This document shows positions 18,386-27,983 of a stretch of DNA of 64,000 bases, one piece after another. The notes beneath the pieces were generated by a model. It searched no databases. It was given only the letters and a program-made list of their open reading frames with translations, and was not told where the DNA came from. Position 1 is the stretch's first letter. Each line of letters opens with the position of its first letter. The position numbers were made by a program, and so were the translations under genes. The DNA comes from an uncultured Candidatus Saccharibacteria bacterium (GTDB taxonomy: Bacteria > Patescibacteriota > Andersenbacteria > UBA10190). The DNA lies in contig CAYHTZ010000003.1 in assembly GCA_964359735.1 (NCBI GenBank), forward strand, positions 21,993 to 85,992, given 5' to 3'.

Positions 18386-19536
18386 TGGGAACGCTTGAAA
18401 AGTAAACTTAAGCTAACCACGGCGGCAACTAACGCCCCAGCTTGGGTGAAGAGGCTGCCAAAGTCAACTTGGGTTAAAAGGTATCCTCCTGCGAGGGCCC
18501 CAAAAGCGGTGCCGAGAGGCGAGAGCATGGTGTCAATGACAGCGGCTGGCTCGCTGGTTTTAGATGAGCGGGATAGGAAAGCGGAGCGGCCGGAATTGGC
18601 GGAGAGCGCTCCCGCACCGCGAAGGGCGGCAAGCGTCAAGATACCCACAAATTCAAGGCGATGAGAGAGAATCCCAAATACAAAGGACCCCGCGGCGTAC
18701 AGAAGGCTGCCGCCATACACGTTGCGGGAGCTGCGCTGCTGCAAGGCGTACCGGGCGACCACCCAGGAAATGGGCACAAACAGAGCGGAGAAGACAGCGC
18801 CATAGAGAAGAATCATGTTCTGGCTCCAGCCGAGGTGTTCGAGAAAGAGTACAAAAAAAGGCTGGTAGATACCTCCGACTACCAGCACTACGAACGAAGG
18901 CAGGAGTAACGGCCAGGCGTGACCCAAGACTTTTTTCCCGAACTCGCGGTACGCTTCGCGCGAGGGTAAGGGTGGGGCCGCCTGGCGGACAATCTGAACT
19001 ACCCTTCGCTGAAGTGTGACATACAAAATGTTGGCGAGGTGGACAGCCAAGCTCACCAAAAATACCCCGGGAAATCCGAAGAAGAAAATAACCGCCGCCC
19101 CGACCGCCGGAGCGAGAACTTCAGCAGCATTCGGGGCAGCGTAAAAGTACCCAAAGGTACGATCCAGGTGGGGAAGCTCGGCGCGAGCCAAGAGAGATCG
19201 AACAGAAACAAAGAAGCAGGCCGCAGAGAGCCCTAACACTACTTGCATCACGTAAAAGACGGCCGGGGGGTGCGCGGCCATCATCACCAAAGAATACGCG
19301 GCATAACCAGCAATCCCTAGTAGCATGAAGTGTATGGGGCGAGTTTTGCTGTTTAAGGCACCGACAACGGGGGCGAAAAGGGCGATCGGCAGGTAAATCA
19401 GGAGATACGTGTAACCTACGGCGGGGAGAGATAACCCAAGCTTCACCAGGTAGAGAGGAAAGAAGAAAGAAAAGAGCTTGTAACCAAACATTAAAAGGAA
19501 ATGCGATACGAATGCGACGCGGGAAACCGTCTCCAT
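18382..19536 (-). CDS. MFS transporter
   Basis: About 12 hydrophobic segments in two halves, 384 aa. Confidence 0.8.
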   Translation of the reverse strand: METVSRVAFVSHFLLMFGYKLFSFFFPLYLVKLGLSLPAVGYTYLLIYLPIALFAPVVGALNSKTRPIHFMLLGIAGYAAYSLVMMAAHPPAVFYVMQVVLGLSAACFFVSVRSLLARAELPHLDRTFGYFYAAPNAAEVLAPAVGAAVIFFFGFPGVFLVSLAVHLANILYVTLQRRVVQIVRQAAPPLPSREAYREFGKKVLGHAWPLLLPSFVVLVVGGIYQPFFVLFLEHLGWSQNMILLYGAVFSALFVPISWVVARYALQQRSSRNVYGGSLLYAAGSFVFGILSHRLEFVGILTLAALRGAGALSANSGRSAFLSRSSKTSEPAAVIDTMLSPLGTAFGALAGGYLLTQVDFGSLFTQAGALVAAVVSLSLLFKRSQ

Positions 19537-19574
19537 ACCGCAGATGGTAGCACAAACTTTTTGGAATATTTTTC

Positions 19575-19603
19575 TTGATTTGACAAGCTCTCGGAGGTAT
19601 GAT
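19575..19603 (+). promoter_or_regulatory. Sigma70 promoter for murA (probably leaderless)
   Basis: TTGATT, 17 bp, TATGAT; ends 7 nt before ATG 19611. Confidence 0.6.
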
Positions 19604-19610
19604 GAGGTTC

Positions 19611-20870
19611 ATGTCGAAATTTGTGATTCAGGGTGGCAAGCCGCTTGCCGGAGAGGTAGAAGTGTATGGGTCAAAGAATGCCGTCCTGCCACTGATTGCA
19701 GCGAGCCTTCTGACCACGGAGCCCTTCACTATTTCTAATGTGCCGGATATTTCCGATGTCAGCACAATGCTCGCCATACTTTCTGGCTGGGGCGCCAAGG
19801 TGAAAAGAGAAGATGGCCAGAGGGGAACGCTGGTAATTGAAACTCAATCTGTTAAAACTGACGGCGCCCAGGACGAGGCGGTCGGGAAGCTTAGGGGTTC
19901 GATCCTTTTCTTAGGGGCCCTCTTGGGAAGAGAGCGTAACGTCAGCCTGCCGCGGCCAGGAGGAGATGTGATAGGCGCCCGGCCGATTGATGTGCATTTG
20001 GATGGCTTCCGGCAGCTGGGTGCTGAAATCAACGAGGAAGGGGATCAGGTGCTAATTTCCGGCCAGGCAATGCAGGCGGGAGAGGTGACGCTCTCAGAAT
20101 TTTCGGTGACGGCCACCGAGAATATGTTGCTGGTCGCCGCGACCCTGCCGGGGAAAACTACCATATACACTGCCGCGGCTGAGCCGCACGTAGTGGCACT
20201 GGCCGGGGCCCTCACCCGCATGGGAGCGAGTATCACGGGGGCAGGTACGCATACTCTGGTGGTAGAAGGCAGTACCAAGCTGGCCGGGGCTACGGTTGAA
20301 AATATTTCGGATATGCTTGAGGCCGGATTTTTTATTCTACTCGCGGCGGCAACAAAATCAGATATGAATATCCGCCAGGTGCCTACGCAGGATTTGCGCC
20401 TCTTTTTTAAGAAGCTCACTCAGATCGGGGTCGCGTACTCAGTTGACCACGACACAGTTACCGTCCGCCCAGCTCCGCTACGCGCTTTTCGCTTGCAAGT
20501 CCTGCCGCACCCTGGCATCGCCACCGACTTGCAGGCGCCGTTTGCTGTGCTGGCTACTCAGACGCAGGGAAGTTCATTGATTCATGACCCGCTCTACGAA
20601 AGCCGTTTCAAGCACATAGATGAGCTCGCAAAAATGGGAGCAGACGCGGTGGTTTGCGATCCTCATCGCGTGATCATTAATGGCCCCACACCTCTCGCGG
20701 GCCGCGAGATCCCGAGCCTCGACATACGCAGTGGGGCTACTCTCGTTATGGCTGGGCTTACCGCCCGCGGGCAAACTACGATTCGGGAAGCAGAAATAGT
20801 GGACCGGGGATATGCACGGCTGACAGAGCGGCTCCAGGCTCTGGGGGCTGATATTCAACGAATCGAATGA
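19611..20870 (+). CDS. murA: UDP-N-acetylglucosamine 1-carboxyvinyltransferase (Asp at the catalytic Cys position)
   Basis: GSKNAVLP, PGGDVIGARPIDVH, SVTATEN, HPGIATDLQ, DIRSG. Confidence 0.95.
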   Translation: MSKFVIQGGKPLAGEVEVYGSKNAVLPLIAASLLTTEPFTISNVPDISDVSTMLAILSGWGAKVKREDGQRGTLVIETQSVKTDGAQDEAVGKLRGSILFLGALLGRERNVSLPRPGGDVIGARPIDVHLDGFRQLGAEINEEGDQVLISGQAMQAGEVTLSEFSVTATENMLLVAATLPGKTTIYTAAAEPHVVALAGALTRMGASITGAGTHTLVVEGSTKLAGATVENISDMLEAGFFILLAAATKSDMNIRQVPTQDLRLFFKKLTQIGVAYSVDHDTVTVRPAPLRAFRLQVLPHPGIATDLQAPFAVLATQTQGSSLIHDPLYESRFKHIDELAKMGADAVVCDPHRVIINGPTPLAGREIPSLDIRSGATLVMAGLTARGQTTIREAEIVDRGYARLTERLQALGADIQRIE

Positions 20871-21877
20871 ATATTACCCGCCAAATTGCCATCGATCTCG
20901 GGACTACCAGTACGTTGATGTACGTGCCTAAGAAGGGAATTGTGCTCAATGAGCCATCGGTGGTGGCGGTATCGCTGGATGAGAATGCGGTACTGGCCAT
21001 CGGCAATGACGCGAAAGAAATGATTGGCCGCACTCCCGAAACAATTGTGGCCCATCGGCCGCTGAAAGACGGGGTGATTGCGGACTACCGCGTCACGGAA
21101 GCAATGCTCCGCTACCTACTGCAAAAGGCAGGCGCATCCACGCGGTTCCTGCGTCCCGAGGTTCTCGTGAGCGTACCGGCCGGGATCACCAGCACCGAAC
21201 GCCGAGCGGTGGTAGATGCGGCGCTCTCCGCGGGAGCCCGCGCTGCCTTCCTGATAAAAGAACCGGTAGCCGCCGCGATTGGGGCAGGCATTCCGATCGG
21301 GGAAAGCTCTGGGCATATGATCGTAGATATTGGGGGAGGAACTACTGAAGCCGCTGTCATTTCCCTCGGAGGTATTGTGGTAGCCCATTCAGCCCGGGTA
21401 GCTGGCAATCGCTTTGACGAGGCGATTGCCGACCACGTGCGTAAGCGCTATGGCGTTGTGATCGGAGAACAAACGGCTGAGGTGATTAAAAAAACGATTG
21501 GATCAGCCGTCATTGAAGAGACGCCGCGCGAGATGGCGATCCGCGGGCGCGACCTGGCTTCGGGGCTGCCTCGCGAGACCACAATTTCTTCCCACGAAAT
21601 CGCCGAGGCACTGCGCCATCCCTTGGAAGAGGTGTTGCAAGCCATTAAATATGTTTTGCAAGATACGCCACCAGAGCTCGCAGCCGACGTTATCGATAAA
21701 GGCATTGTGCTTTCCGGCGGCGGAGCGTTACTCAAAAATATTGACCAACTTATCTCCCGTACGATTACGGTGCCGGTGTACGTGGCAGACGACCCACTCG
21801 TGTGTGTGGTAAAAGGGGCGGGAGCAGCGCTCGAGAACATCAACGCCTACAAGCGCAGTGTCTTGCTGACGAGGTAA
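20867..21877 (+). CDS. mreB: Rod shape-determining protein MreB/Mbl paralog
   Basis: IAIDLGTT, EPSVVA, DIGGGTTE, LSGGGALL. Confidence 0.92.
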   Translation: MNITRQIAIDLGTTSTLMYVPKKGIVLNEPSVVAVSLDENAVLAIGNDAKEMIGRTPETIVAHRPLKDGVIADYRVTEAMLRYLLQKAGASTRFLRPEVLVSVPAGITSTERRAVVDAALSAGARAAFLIKEPVAAAIGAGIPIGESSGHMIVDIGGGTTEAAVISLGGIVVAHSARVAGNRFDEAIADHVRKRYGVVIGEQTAEVIKKTIGSAVIEETPREMAIRGRDLASGLPRETTISSHEIAEALRHPLEEVLQAIKYVLQDTPPELAADVIDKGIVLSGGGALLKNIDQLISRTITVPVYVADDPLVCVVKGAGAALENINAYKRSVLLTR

Positions 21878-21878
21878 T

Positions 21879-23297
21879 GTGAGCGAAGATTGGGTAAAAG
21901 TCGTGGAAAGGCGTGGTCAAAGTGTCCTTATAAGTTCCTATTTCTATAATGGCGTTCGAACTAAGTACTTTCGTAAAACACTGGGAGTTGAGCACGGAAT
22001 TGATCACTACTTGATTGTAGATTTTTTTAACTATTACCTGGAATCTGAAGTGCTCAGATTCCAGGAGGCGATCAAGAGCGAAATTGAAAGCAACGACGCC
22101 AAATTCATTTCTCAGGCTCTTGAACAGCTCACGCGCAAGGGAGAGGAGTTAACTCATCTCGCCACAACTATTTCCAGAACAAAGAATCTGACTGCGCATC
22201 CAGCTTCGTTACTTCAAGAGTTTTCGGAGTTGTGTCTTGAATTTGGCCCTGCTATGTATTTCCCCATTCTCATCGAGCCGATAGTAGAGGCAAGGGCTCT
22301 AAACATTATTCAGCGGAGAATCCCCAAAGAAACCGAAAAATACTTTGCTCTCCTGACTGCTTCTCATCAGCCCACTGATGGAACAAAGGAACTGGTAAGC
22401 TTCTACAGACTTGCCGAGATGTATCACAAGAATCATCGGAAAATCACACTTCCAATTAAGCAAGCAGTTGATAAACACTTGCGGCAATTTGGTTGGCTAG
22501 CATTTACCAAATTCGTTGGCCGCCCATGGACTCAGCGAAGCATCATGGCACGCCTTGAGAAAATACCCAATCCCGGGGAAAGGTTACGTGAGCTCGAGAG
22601 ACAATACAAGCAAGAAAAAATTCAGGTTGAGAAGATCTTTAAGGAATATCAATTTACTAAAGCTGAGCGCGAATTTCTTCGGGAAGTCCAGCATCTGGCT
22701 TACTTTCGAACCTATCGGGTTGATGTGTACTCGAAAGCTGGTTATTTAATTAAGGATTTGCTCAGAATCATTTCCCGCAGACTCGATTTAACGGTTGCGG
22801 AGACAGTCTGGCTCACGTATGAAGAGATTCTTTCTCACCTTAGACGAGGGAAAAAATTCCCTAGGAAGATTGCCCGAAAACGTCAATACGGGACTTGGCA
22901 GCTGCTTTTTGAAAAAGGAAAAATGACGTTTCAGTACGAACCGCCATTCTTGGTGAAGGAACAAAAGCTCGATATTAACATTGTCAAAGGAACTCCCGCC
23001 TGTAGTGGGAAAGCCGAAGGACCCGTTGCGATAATCCGCGGAGTCAAGGAATTCGATAAAATGACTGATAAGGCCATTCTTGTCACCTCTATGACCACAC
23101 CAGACTTTGTGCCCCTAATGCAGCAAGCCGCTGCCATTATAACTGACGAGGGCGGCATAACGTGTCACGCAGCTATCGTTTCGCGAGAGCTCGGCGTGCC
23201 ATGTGTCATTGGCACTAAAATTGCGACCAAGGCTCTCAAAGACGGCGATGTCGTAGAAGTGGACGCAGATAAGGGACTAGTGCGAAAGCTGGCCTAG
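21879..23297 (+). CDS. Second PEP-utilising mobile-domain protein with long helical N-terminal region
   Basis: C-terminal ILVTSMTTPDFVPLM...[25 protein letters not shown]; internal HLRQFGWL; visibly AT-richer than flanks. Confidence 0.85.
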   Translation: MSEDWVKVVERRGQSVLISSYFYNGVRTKYFRKTLGVEHGIDHYLIVDFFNYYLESEVLRFQEAIKSEIESNDAKFISQALEQLTRKGEELTHLATTISRTKNLTAHPASLLQEFSELCLEFGPAMYFPILIEPIVEARALNIIQRRIPKETEKYFALLTASHQPTDGTKELVSFYRLAEMYHKNHRKITLPIKQAVDKHLRQFGWLAFTKFVGRPWTQRSIMARLEKIPNPGERLRELERQYKQEKIQVEKIFKEYQFTKAEREFLREVQHLAYFRTYRVDVYSKAGYLIKDLLRIISRRLDLTVAETVWLTYEEILSHLRRGKKFPRKIARKRQYGTWQLLFEKGKMTFQYEPPFLVKEQKLDINIVKGTPACSGKAEGPVAIIRGVKEFDKMTDKAILVTSMTTPDFVPLMQQAAAIITDEGGITCHAAIVSRELGVPCVIGTKIATKALKDGDVVEVDADKGLVRKLA

Positions 23298-23527
23298 GAA
23301 ACCTTAGCGGAGTCCAACTTTCCAGTATCCCGGCGCATGCGATCGCGTTTTTCGAGCATACGAACTTCATATTCGAGTCGCGCAACTGCTTGGGGTATCC
23401 AAGCCATTTTCTCTACGTGTCTTTTGATGCGCTCGAGATACATGATCAGCACTTGACCAAGCTCTTCTGCCGTGCGCTCAGGCGCGTTTATCCACTCCTC
23501 GCCGTATTTCTTAGGACGGCACGACAT
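23294..23527 (-). CDS. Small hypothetical (coiled-coil-like) protein
   Basis: ORF fills the gap and is in tandem with 23534-23800; no family recognised. Confidence 0.5.
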   Translation of the reverse strand: MSCRPKKYGEEWINAPERTAEELGQVLIMYLERIKRHVEKMAWIPQAVARLEYEVRMLEKRDRMRRDTGKLDSAKVS

Positions 23528-23533
23528 GCGCGA

Positions 23534-23800
23534 TTAGAAAAAGCCGAGATGGCGCTGAATGGCCCGAATTTTATCTTTGATCCAAGAAATTTCGTCCTTG
23601 TTGGCCGAGGATACATCCTTGTGAATATTTTCAGTGATAGCTTTGAACTCATAAAGAATTTTCTCAGTTTGTTCCTCCATTTTCGACGAAAGGCGTGTTT
23701 CCAACTGATTCAAGTCAAGGTGAATATCTTCCTGCAACTCAGCGAGATGGTCCAACGCTGCAGGTTCTTTTGACTTAATCCAGGCCTTCCGGACTTTCAT
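23534..23800 (-). CDS. Small coiled-coil hypothetical protein
   Basis: Heptad-like Leu/Glu/Lys pattern; TGnTACACT 7 nt upstream of ATG 23800. Confidence 0.6.
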   Translation of the reverse strand: MKVRKAWIKSKEPAALDHLAELQEDIHLDLNQLETRLSSKMEEQTEKILYEFKAITENIHKDVSSANKDEISWIKDKIRAIQRHLGFF

Positions 23801-23821
23801 GATCATTAGTGTATCAGATGG

Positions 23822-23846
23822 TTGCCCTTCGACAAGCTCAGGGTAA
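23822..23846. repeat. REP-like hairpin TTGCCCTTCGACAAGCTCAGGGTAA
   Basis: Imperfect inverted repeat in a divergent intergenic gap; related to 13101-13132. Confidence 0.7.
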
Positions 23847-23863
23847 AACAGTAAACTGTTTTG

Positions 23864-25006
23864 ATGTCTAAGGGGGATTTTAGAATTGCTTTAGTGCATG
23901 ACGAACTGATACGCCGGGGCGGGGCGGAGGTAGTATTTGAGGAATTGGTGCGGATTTTCCCACACGCAGATATTTACACTCTATACGCCGGAGAGCCATG
24001 GTTGAACCTGGGAGAAATTCAAAAACCTATCGCGACCTCGTTTTTGCAACGTTTCCCCACATGGTTCCGGCGCCACCCGGGCAGGGTTTTACCATTCCTG
24101 CTTCCGGCCGCGGAGCAATTCGACTTCTCTGCCTACGACATCGTGCTCTCGAGTGCCAGTGCTTTTGCCAAAGCTATTATCACCCGCTCGGGCGTGCCTC
24201 ACGTGTGTTACTGCCACACGCCTACACGATACCTTTGGGAGCCCACTCAGCTTGCGCTTCGCGGGCCAAAGTTGCTAGCCATGCCGTTGCTTCATTACTT
24301 ACGTATGGCCGATTACGCTGGTGCTCAGCGCGTTGATTATTACCTGGCAAATTCAAAATACACGCAGCAACGGATTAAAAAGTATTACGGTAGAGAAAGC
24401 GAGGTGGTGTATCCACCAATACGAACAGAGTTCTACACTCCCAAAAGTTCAGGCTCAGCTTTCGCTGAGGCTTCCGCCGGCAGGCAGCGACCCTTTCTAG
24501 TCGTAGGGAGACTCACGCCAACGAAACATTTTGAACAGGCGATTGCGGTCTGTGAGAAGTTGCAGTTGCCAATCCTGGTGGTAGGCGGCGGCCAGGCCGG
24601 AGCGGAACTCACGCGACGGGCGGGCAAATACACTACTTTTACGGGGACGGTTTCTGACGAAGAGCTGCGCACGTACCTGCGCCGCGCACGGGCAGTCCTC
24701 ATCCCAGGCGTGGAAGATTTTGGCATGGTTGCGGCGGAGGCTCTCGCGTGCGGAACACCAGTAGTGGCTCAAGCGCGCGGCGGTGTCAAAGAAATTATGA
24801 CAGATGGGCGCCATGGTATTTTATACGACGGGCAAGGAGTAGAAGCCCTGGCTGAGGGGCTCCGGCGCTTCTCGGCAGCCGAGGCGAGGTTTCAGCCGGA
24901 GGCGCTCCAGCAGCAGGCCATGCAATTTTCGTCAGGAATTTTCCACAATTCGATTACAAAATACATTGCGAAAATTCTGGAACGCCGCCACAGTACATAT
25001 GGATGA
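23864..25006 (+). CDS. Glycosyltransferase family 4 (GT-B)
   Basis: IALVHDEL..RGGAE, YCHTPTRYLW, EDFGMVAAEALACGTPV. Confidence 0.9.
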   Translation: MSKGDFRIALVHDELIRRGGAEVVFEELVRIFPHADIYTLYAGEPWLNLGEIQKPIATSFLQRFPTWFRRHPGRVLPFLLPAAEQFDFSAYDIVLSSASAFAKAIITRSGVPHVCYCHTPTRYLWEPTQLALRGPKLLAMPLLHYLRMADYAGAQRVDYYLANSKYTQQRIKKYYGRESEVVYPPIRTEFYTPKSSGSAFAEASAGRQRPFLVVGRLTPTKHFEQAIAVCEKLQLPILVVGGGQAGAELTRRAGKYTTFTGTVSDEELRTYLRRARAVLIPGVEDFGMVAAEALACGTPVVAQARGGVKEIMTDGRHGILYDGQGVEALAEGLRRFSAAEARFQPEALQQQAMQFSSGIFHNSITKYIAKILERRHSTYG

Positions 25007-25290
25007 GATATACCCTTTCCACGCATGGCGTCGTGTTATCAGCCTTCAACCGCCGTCAGATAGAGGAGAAGGCAGCGCGCCTCTCGAAGTACTTACAGCA
25101 TCCCCTGCCAATTGAAATTACGCTGAGACGAGAAGGGAAAGGCCTGATTACATGTGGAGTCACATACGGAGAGGGGAAACGCGTACTGCATGCGGAACGC
25201 AGCCACCAATCCCTGGAAGCGGGGCTTGATGAGGCGCTCGAGGCTTTGAAAAAAGAAATTATACGCACTCGCGAACGAAGCCGCGCCTAG
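25003..25290 (+). CDS. hpf: Ribosome hibernation factor HPF/RaiA family protein
   Basis: Size and pattern (IEEKAARL..LHAE..SLEAGLDEALEALKKEI); lies upstream of secA. Confidence 0.7.
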   Translation: MRYTLSTHGVVLSAFNRRQIEEKAARLSKYLQHPLPIEITLRREGKGLITCGVTYGEGKRVLHAERSHQSLEAGLDEALEALKKEIIRTRERSRA

Positions 25291-25346
25291 GAACTTTCGG
25301 GCTTGCACAGTAGCCTAAAGCGATTATACTGGCTATTCTTTTACGT

Positions 25347-27983
25347 ATGGCACTTTTTGGGCTTTTCAAAACTACTTCTCGTCATGAGAAGGCCGCTACC
25401 ACCTATACCGGAACGGTAGAGGCTATCAATAAACTCGCGCCTGAAATGAAAGCGCTTTCTGATGAGGCGTTGGCCGCACGCGTTACCCAGCATAAGGGAA
25501 AAAGCTGGGAAGACCTGCAAACACATGTGGCTGAAATTTTTGCGGCGGTGAGAGAAGCATCCGACCGGACCTTAAAGCTGCGGCACTTTGACGTGCAGCT
25601 CACCGGGGGGCTGGCGCTGCTGGAGGGAAGGATCGCGGAAATGAAAACTGGAGAGGGTAAAACTCTGGTGGCAACGCTGCCTCTCACCTTCGCGGCGCTC
25701 GCAGGCCGCGGGGCTCACTTGGTGACAGTCAATGACTACCTCGCTCGCCGAGACGCCGAATGGATGGCGCCTATTTACCGTTTCTTTGGTCTGTCGGTGG
25801 GGATAGTGGTGCCGGGGCAATCCAGCGAAGAGAAACGTGCGGCGTATGCGGCTGACGTCACCTACGGCACAAATAATGAATATGGCTTTGATTACTTGCG
25901 CGACAATATGGCGCAGCGGCGAGAAGACTTGACCCAGCGGGAGCTTACCTATGCGATTGTGGATGAGGTCGACAGCATCTTAATTGATGAGGCGAGAACA
26001 CCTCTCATTATCTCGGCGCCGGATGCCGAATCCACGCAGCTTTATGTGCAATTCGCGAGGCTGGTGCCACAGCTCAAAGAGAACGTTCACTATAACTTGG
26101 ACGAAAAGCGCAAGGCGGCGACATTGACAGACGATGGGGTAAATGAAGTGGAACGAATTTTAGGTATGAGCAATATCTATGAGGAAAAGGGCGTCCGGTT
26201 TGTGCACCATTTAGAACAGGCACTCCGGGCTCATTCGCTCTATCATCGCGATAAAGATTACGTGGTACAAGACGGACAAGTAAAAATAGTCGACGAGTTT
26301 ACCGGACGTATTCTCGAGGGCAGGCGGTATTCTGAGGGCCTCCACCAAGCGCTGGAAGCTAAGGAAGGAGTAGCAGTACAGCAAGAAAGCCGGACACTCG
26401 CTACAATCACTTTCCAGAATTACTTCCGTTTGTACCAACGGCTCGCCGGCATGACCGGCACCGCCGTCACCAGCGCCGAAGAGTTTGAGCGCGTATACAA
26501 CTTAGAAGTGGTAGTCGTTCCCACCGACAAGGCCATGGTTCGAAACGATAGAACCGACCGCGTGTTCGTGAATGAAAATGCAAAGTTCCAGGCCGTGGTG
26601 AAAGAGATTAGGGAACGCCACGCTAAAGGGCAGCCGGTGCTGGTGGGCACCATTGCGATCGAAAAATCGGAGCGCTTATCGGCCTATTTGCAACGGGAAG
26701 GAGTCCCGCATGAGGTGCTGAATGCTAAACACCACGCGCGCGAGGCGGAAATTGTGGCCAAGGCGGGGCAGAAGGGAACAGTCACTATTTCAACTAACAT
26801 GGCCGGCCGCGGTACTGACATTAAGCTGGGTCAAGGAGTGGTGGATCTCGGCGGGTTATTCATTCTGGGCACTGAGCGGCATGAAGCCCGGCGCATCGAC
26901 AACCAGTTGCGGGGAAGATCTGGCCGCCAAGGAGACCCAGGAGAAACACAGTTCTTTGTCTCACTGGACGATGATGTCATGCGCATCTTCGGAGGAGATC
27001 GGATTAAGAACCTCATGCAACGCCTCAAGTTGCCGGAAGACGAGCCCATCGAAAACCGAATGGTCAGCCGCGCTATTGAAAGCGCGCAGGAGCGGGTAGA
27101 GGGCTACTACTTCGACATGCGCAAACATGTCCTCTCCTACGACGACGTGTTGAATCGCCAGCGCAATGCAATTTATACCTTGCGTAAGAGTGTCTTGCTC
27201 GACGGCAAGTGGAAAGATTTTGGCAAGGAATCGCGGGAATTACCCGCCGCCATTCAAGATGTCATCCGCGACCAAGCCGGGGAGTTTGTACGAGCGCACA
27301 CCGGTGAGGGCAGACCGGAAGATTGGGATTTGGAGGAGTTGCGCGAGATTGTATTCACGCTGACGGGCAAGCGGGAGACATTTTCGGTGGATGATTCTGA
27401 CGGCATAGAATCCGCTCGAGAGAAATTGACTGAAGACGTAGCCAAGGCGCTCCTGGGACGGTTAGCAGAACGTGAAAAACAATTTGGCAGCGATGTTATG
27501 CGCGCGCTCGAGCGTGCCGCTACACTGCGGGCAATTGACACGTACTGGATGGAGCACCTAGATACCATGGATTACCTGCGGACGGGGATTGGGCTGCGCG
27601 GCTACGGCCAGAAAGACCCGTTGGTTGAATACCAGCGAGAGGGGCACCAGCTCTTCCAGCGCCTCCTAGCTACCATCAAAGGCACGATCGTGGAAATTGT
27701 GTTCAAGGCTGAGCCCACTATGGCTGAGCGGGCGTCGGCAGAGGAGCAGCCCAAAGGGGTTACCGCCCAACACCAAGAAGTCTCCTTGCACCAAACGGCG
27801 ACCGGGGCCGCCTCCGCTCCGGCCGGAGCTTCGGCGAGCCAAGGCAGCCAGCGCGTACAAACGTCAGTCGAGCCACTCAAAAACCCTTACAAAAATGTCG
27901 GCCGCAACGACCCATGCCCGTGCGGCAGTGGCCTAAAGTACAAGAAGTGCGGCCTGATTAATGCCCCTCAACACCGTGGATAA
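25347..27983 (+). CDS. secA: Preprotein translocase ATPase SecA
   Basis: MKTGEGKT, DEVDSILIDEARTPLIIS, TNMAGRGTDI, C-terminal GRNDPCPCGSGLKYKKC. Confidence 0.98.
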   Translation: MALFGLFKTTSRHEKAATTYTGTVEAINKLAPEMKALSDEALAARVTQHKGKSWEDLQTHVAEIFAAVREASDRTLKLRHFDVQLTGGLALLEGRIAEMKTGEGKTLVATLPLTFAALAGRGAHLVTVNDYLARRDAEWMAPIYRFFGLSVGIVVPGQSSEEKRAAYAADVTYGTNNEYGFDYLRDNMAQRREDLTQRELTYAIVDEVDSILIDEARTPLIISAPDAESTQLYVQFARLVPQLKENVHYNLDEKRKAATLTDDGVNEVERILGMSNIYEEKGVRFVHHLEQALRAHSLYHRDKDYVVQDGQVKIVDEFTGRILEGRRYSEGLHQALEAKEGVAVQQESRTLATITFQNYFRLYQRLAGMTGTAVTSAEEFERVYNLEVVVVPTDKAMVRNDRTDRVFVNENAKFQAVVKEIRERHAKGQPVLVGTIAIEKSERLSAYLQREGVPHEVLNAKHHAREAEIVAKAGQKGTVTISTNMAGRGTDIKLGQGVVDLGGLFILGTERHEARRIDNQLRGRSGRQGDPGETQFFVSLDDDVMRIFGGDRIKNLMQRLKLPEDEPIENRMVSRAIESAQERVEGYYFDMRKHVLSYDDVLNRQRNAIYTLRKSVLLDGKWKDFGKESRELPAAIQDVIRDQAGEFVRAHTGEGRPEDWDLEELREIVFTLTGKRETFSVDDSDGIESAREKLTEDVAKALLGRLAEREKQFGSDVMRALERAATLRAIDTYWMEHLDTMDYLRTGIGLRGYGQKDPLVEYQREGHQLFQRLLATIKGTIVEIVFKAEPTMAERASAEEQPKGVTAQHQEVSLHQTATGAASAPAGASASQGSQRVQTSVEPLKNPYKNVGRNDPCPCGSGLKYKKCGLINAPQHRG

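Noticed and set aside
19960-20000. MurA Cys-to-Asp substitution as an acquired fosfomycin-resistance novelty
   Set aside because: PGGDVIG is real, but Asp-type MurA is an established natural variant in several lineages, so it is recorded only in the feature call.
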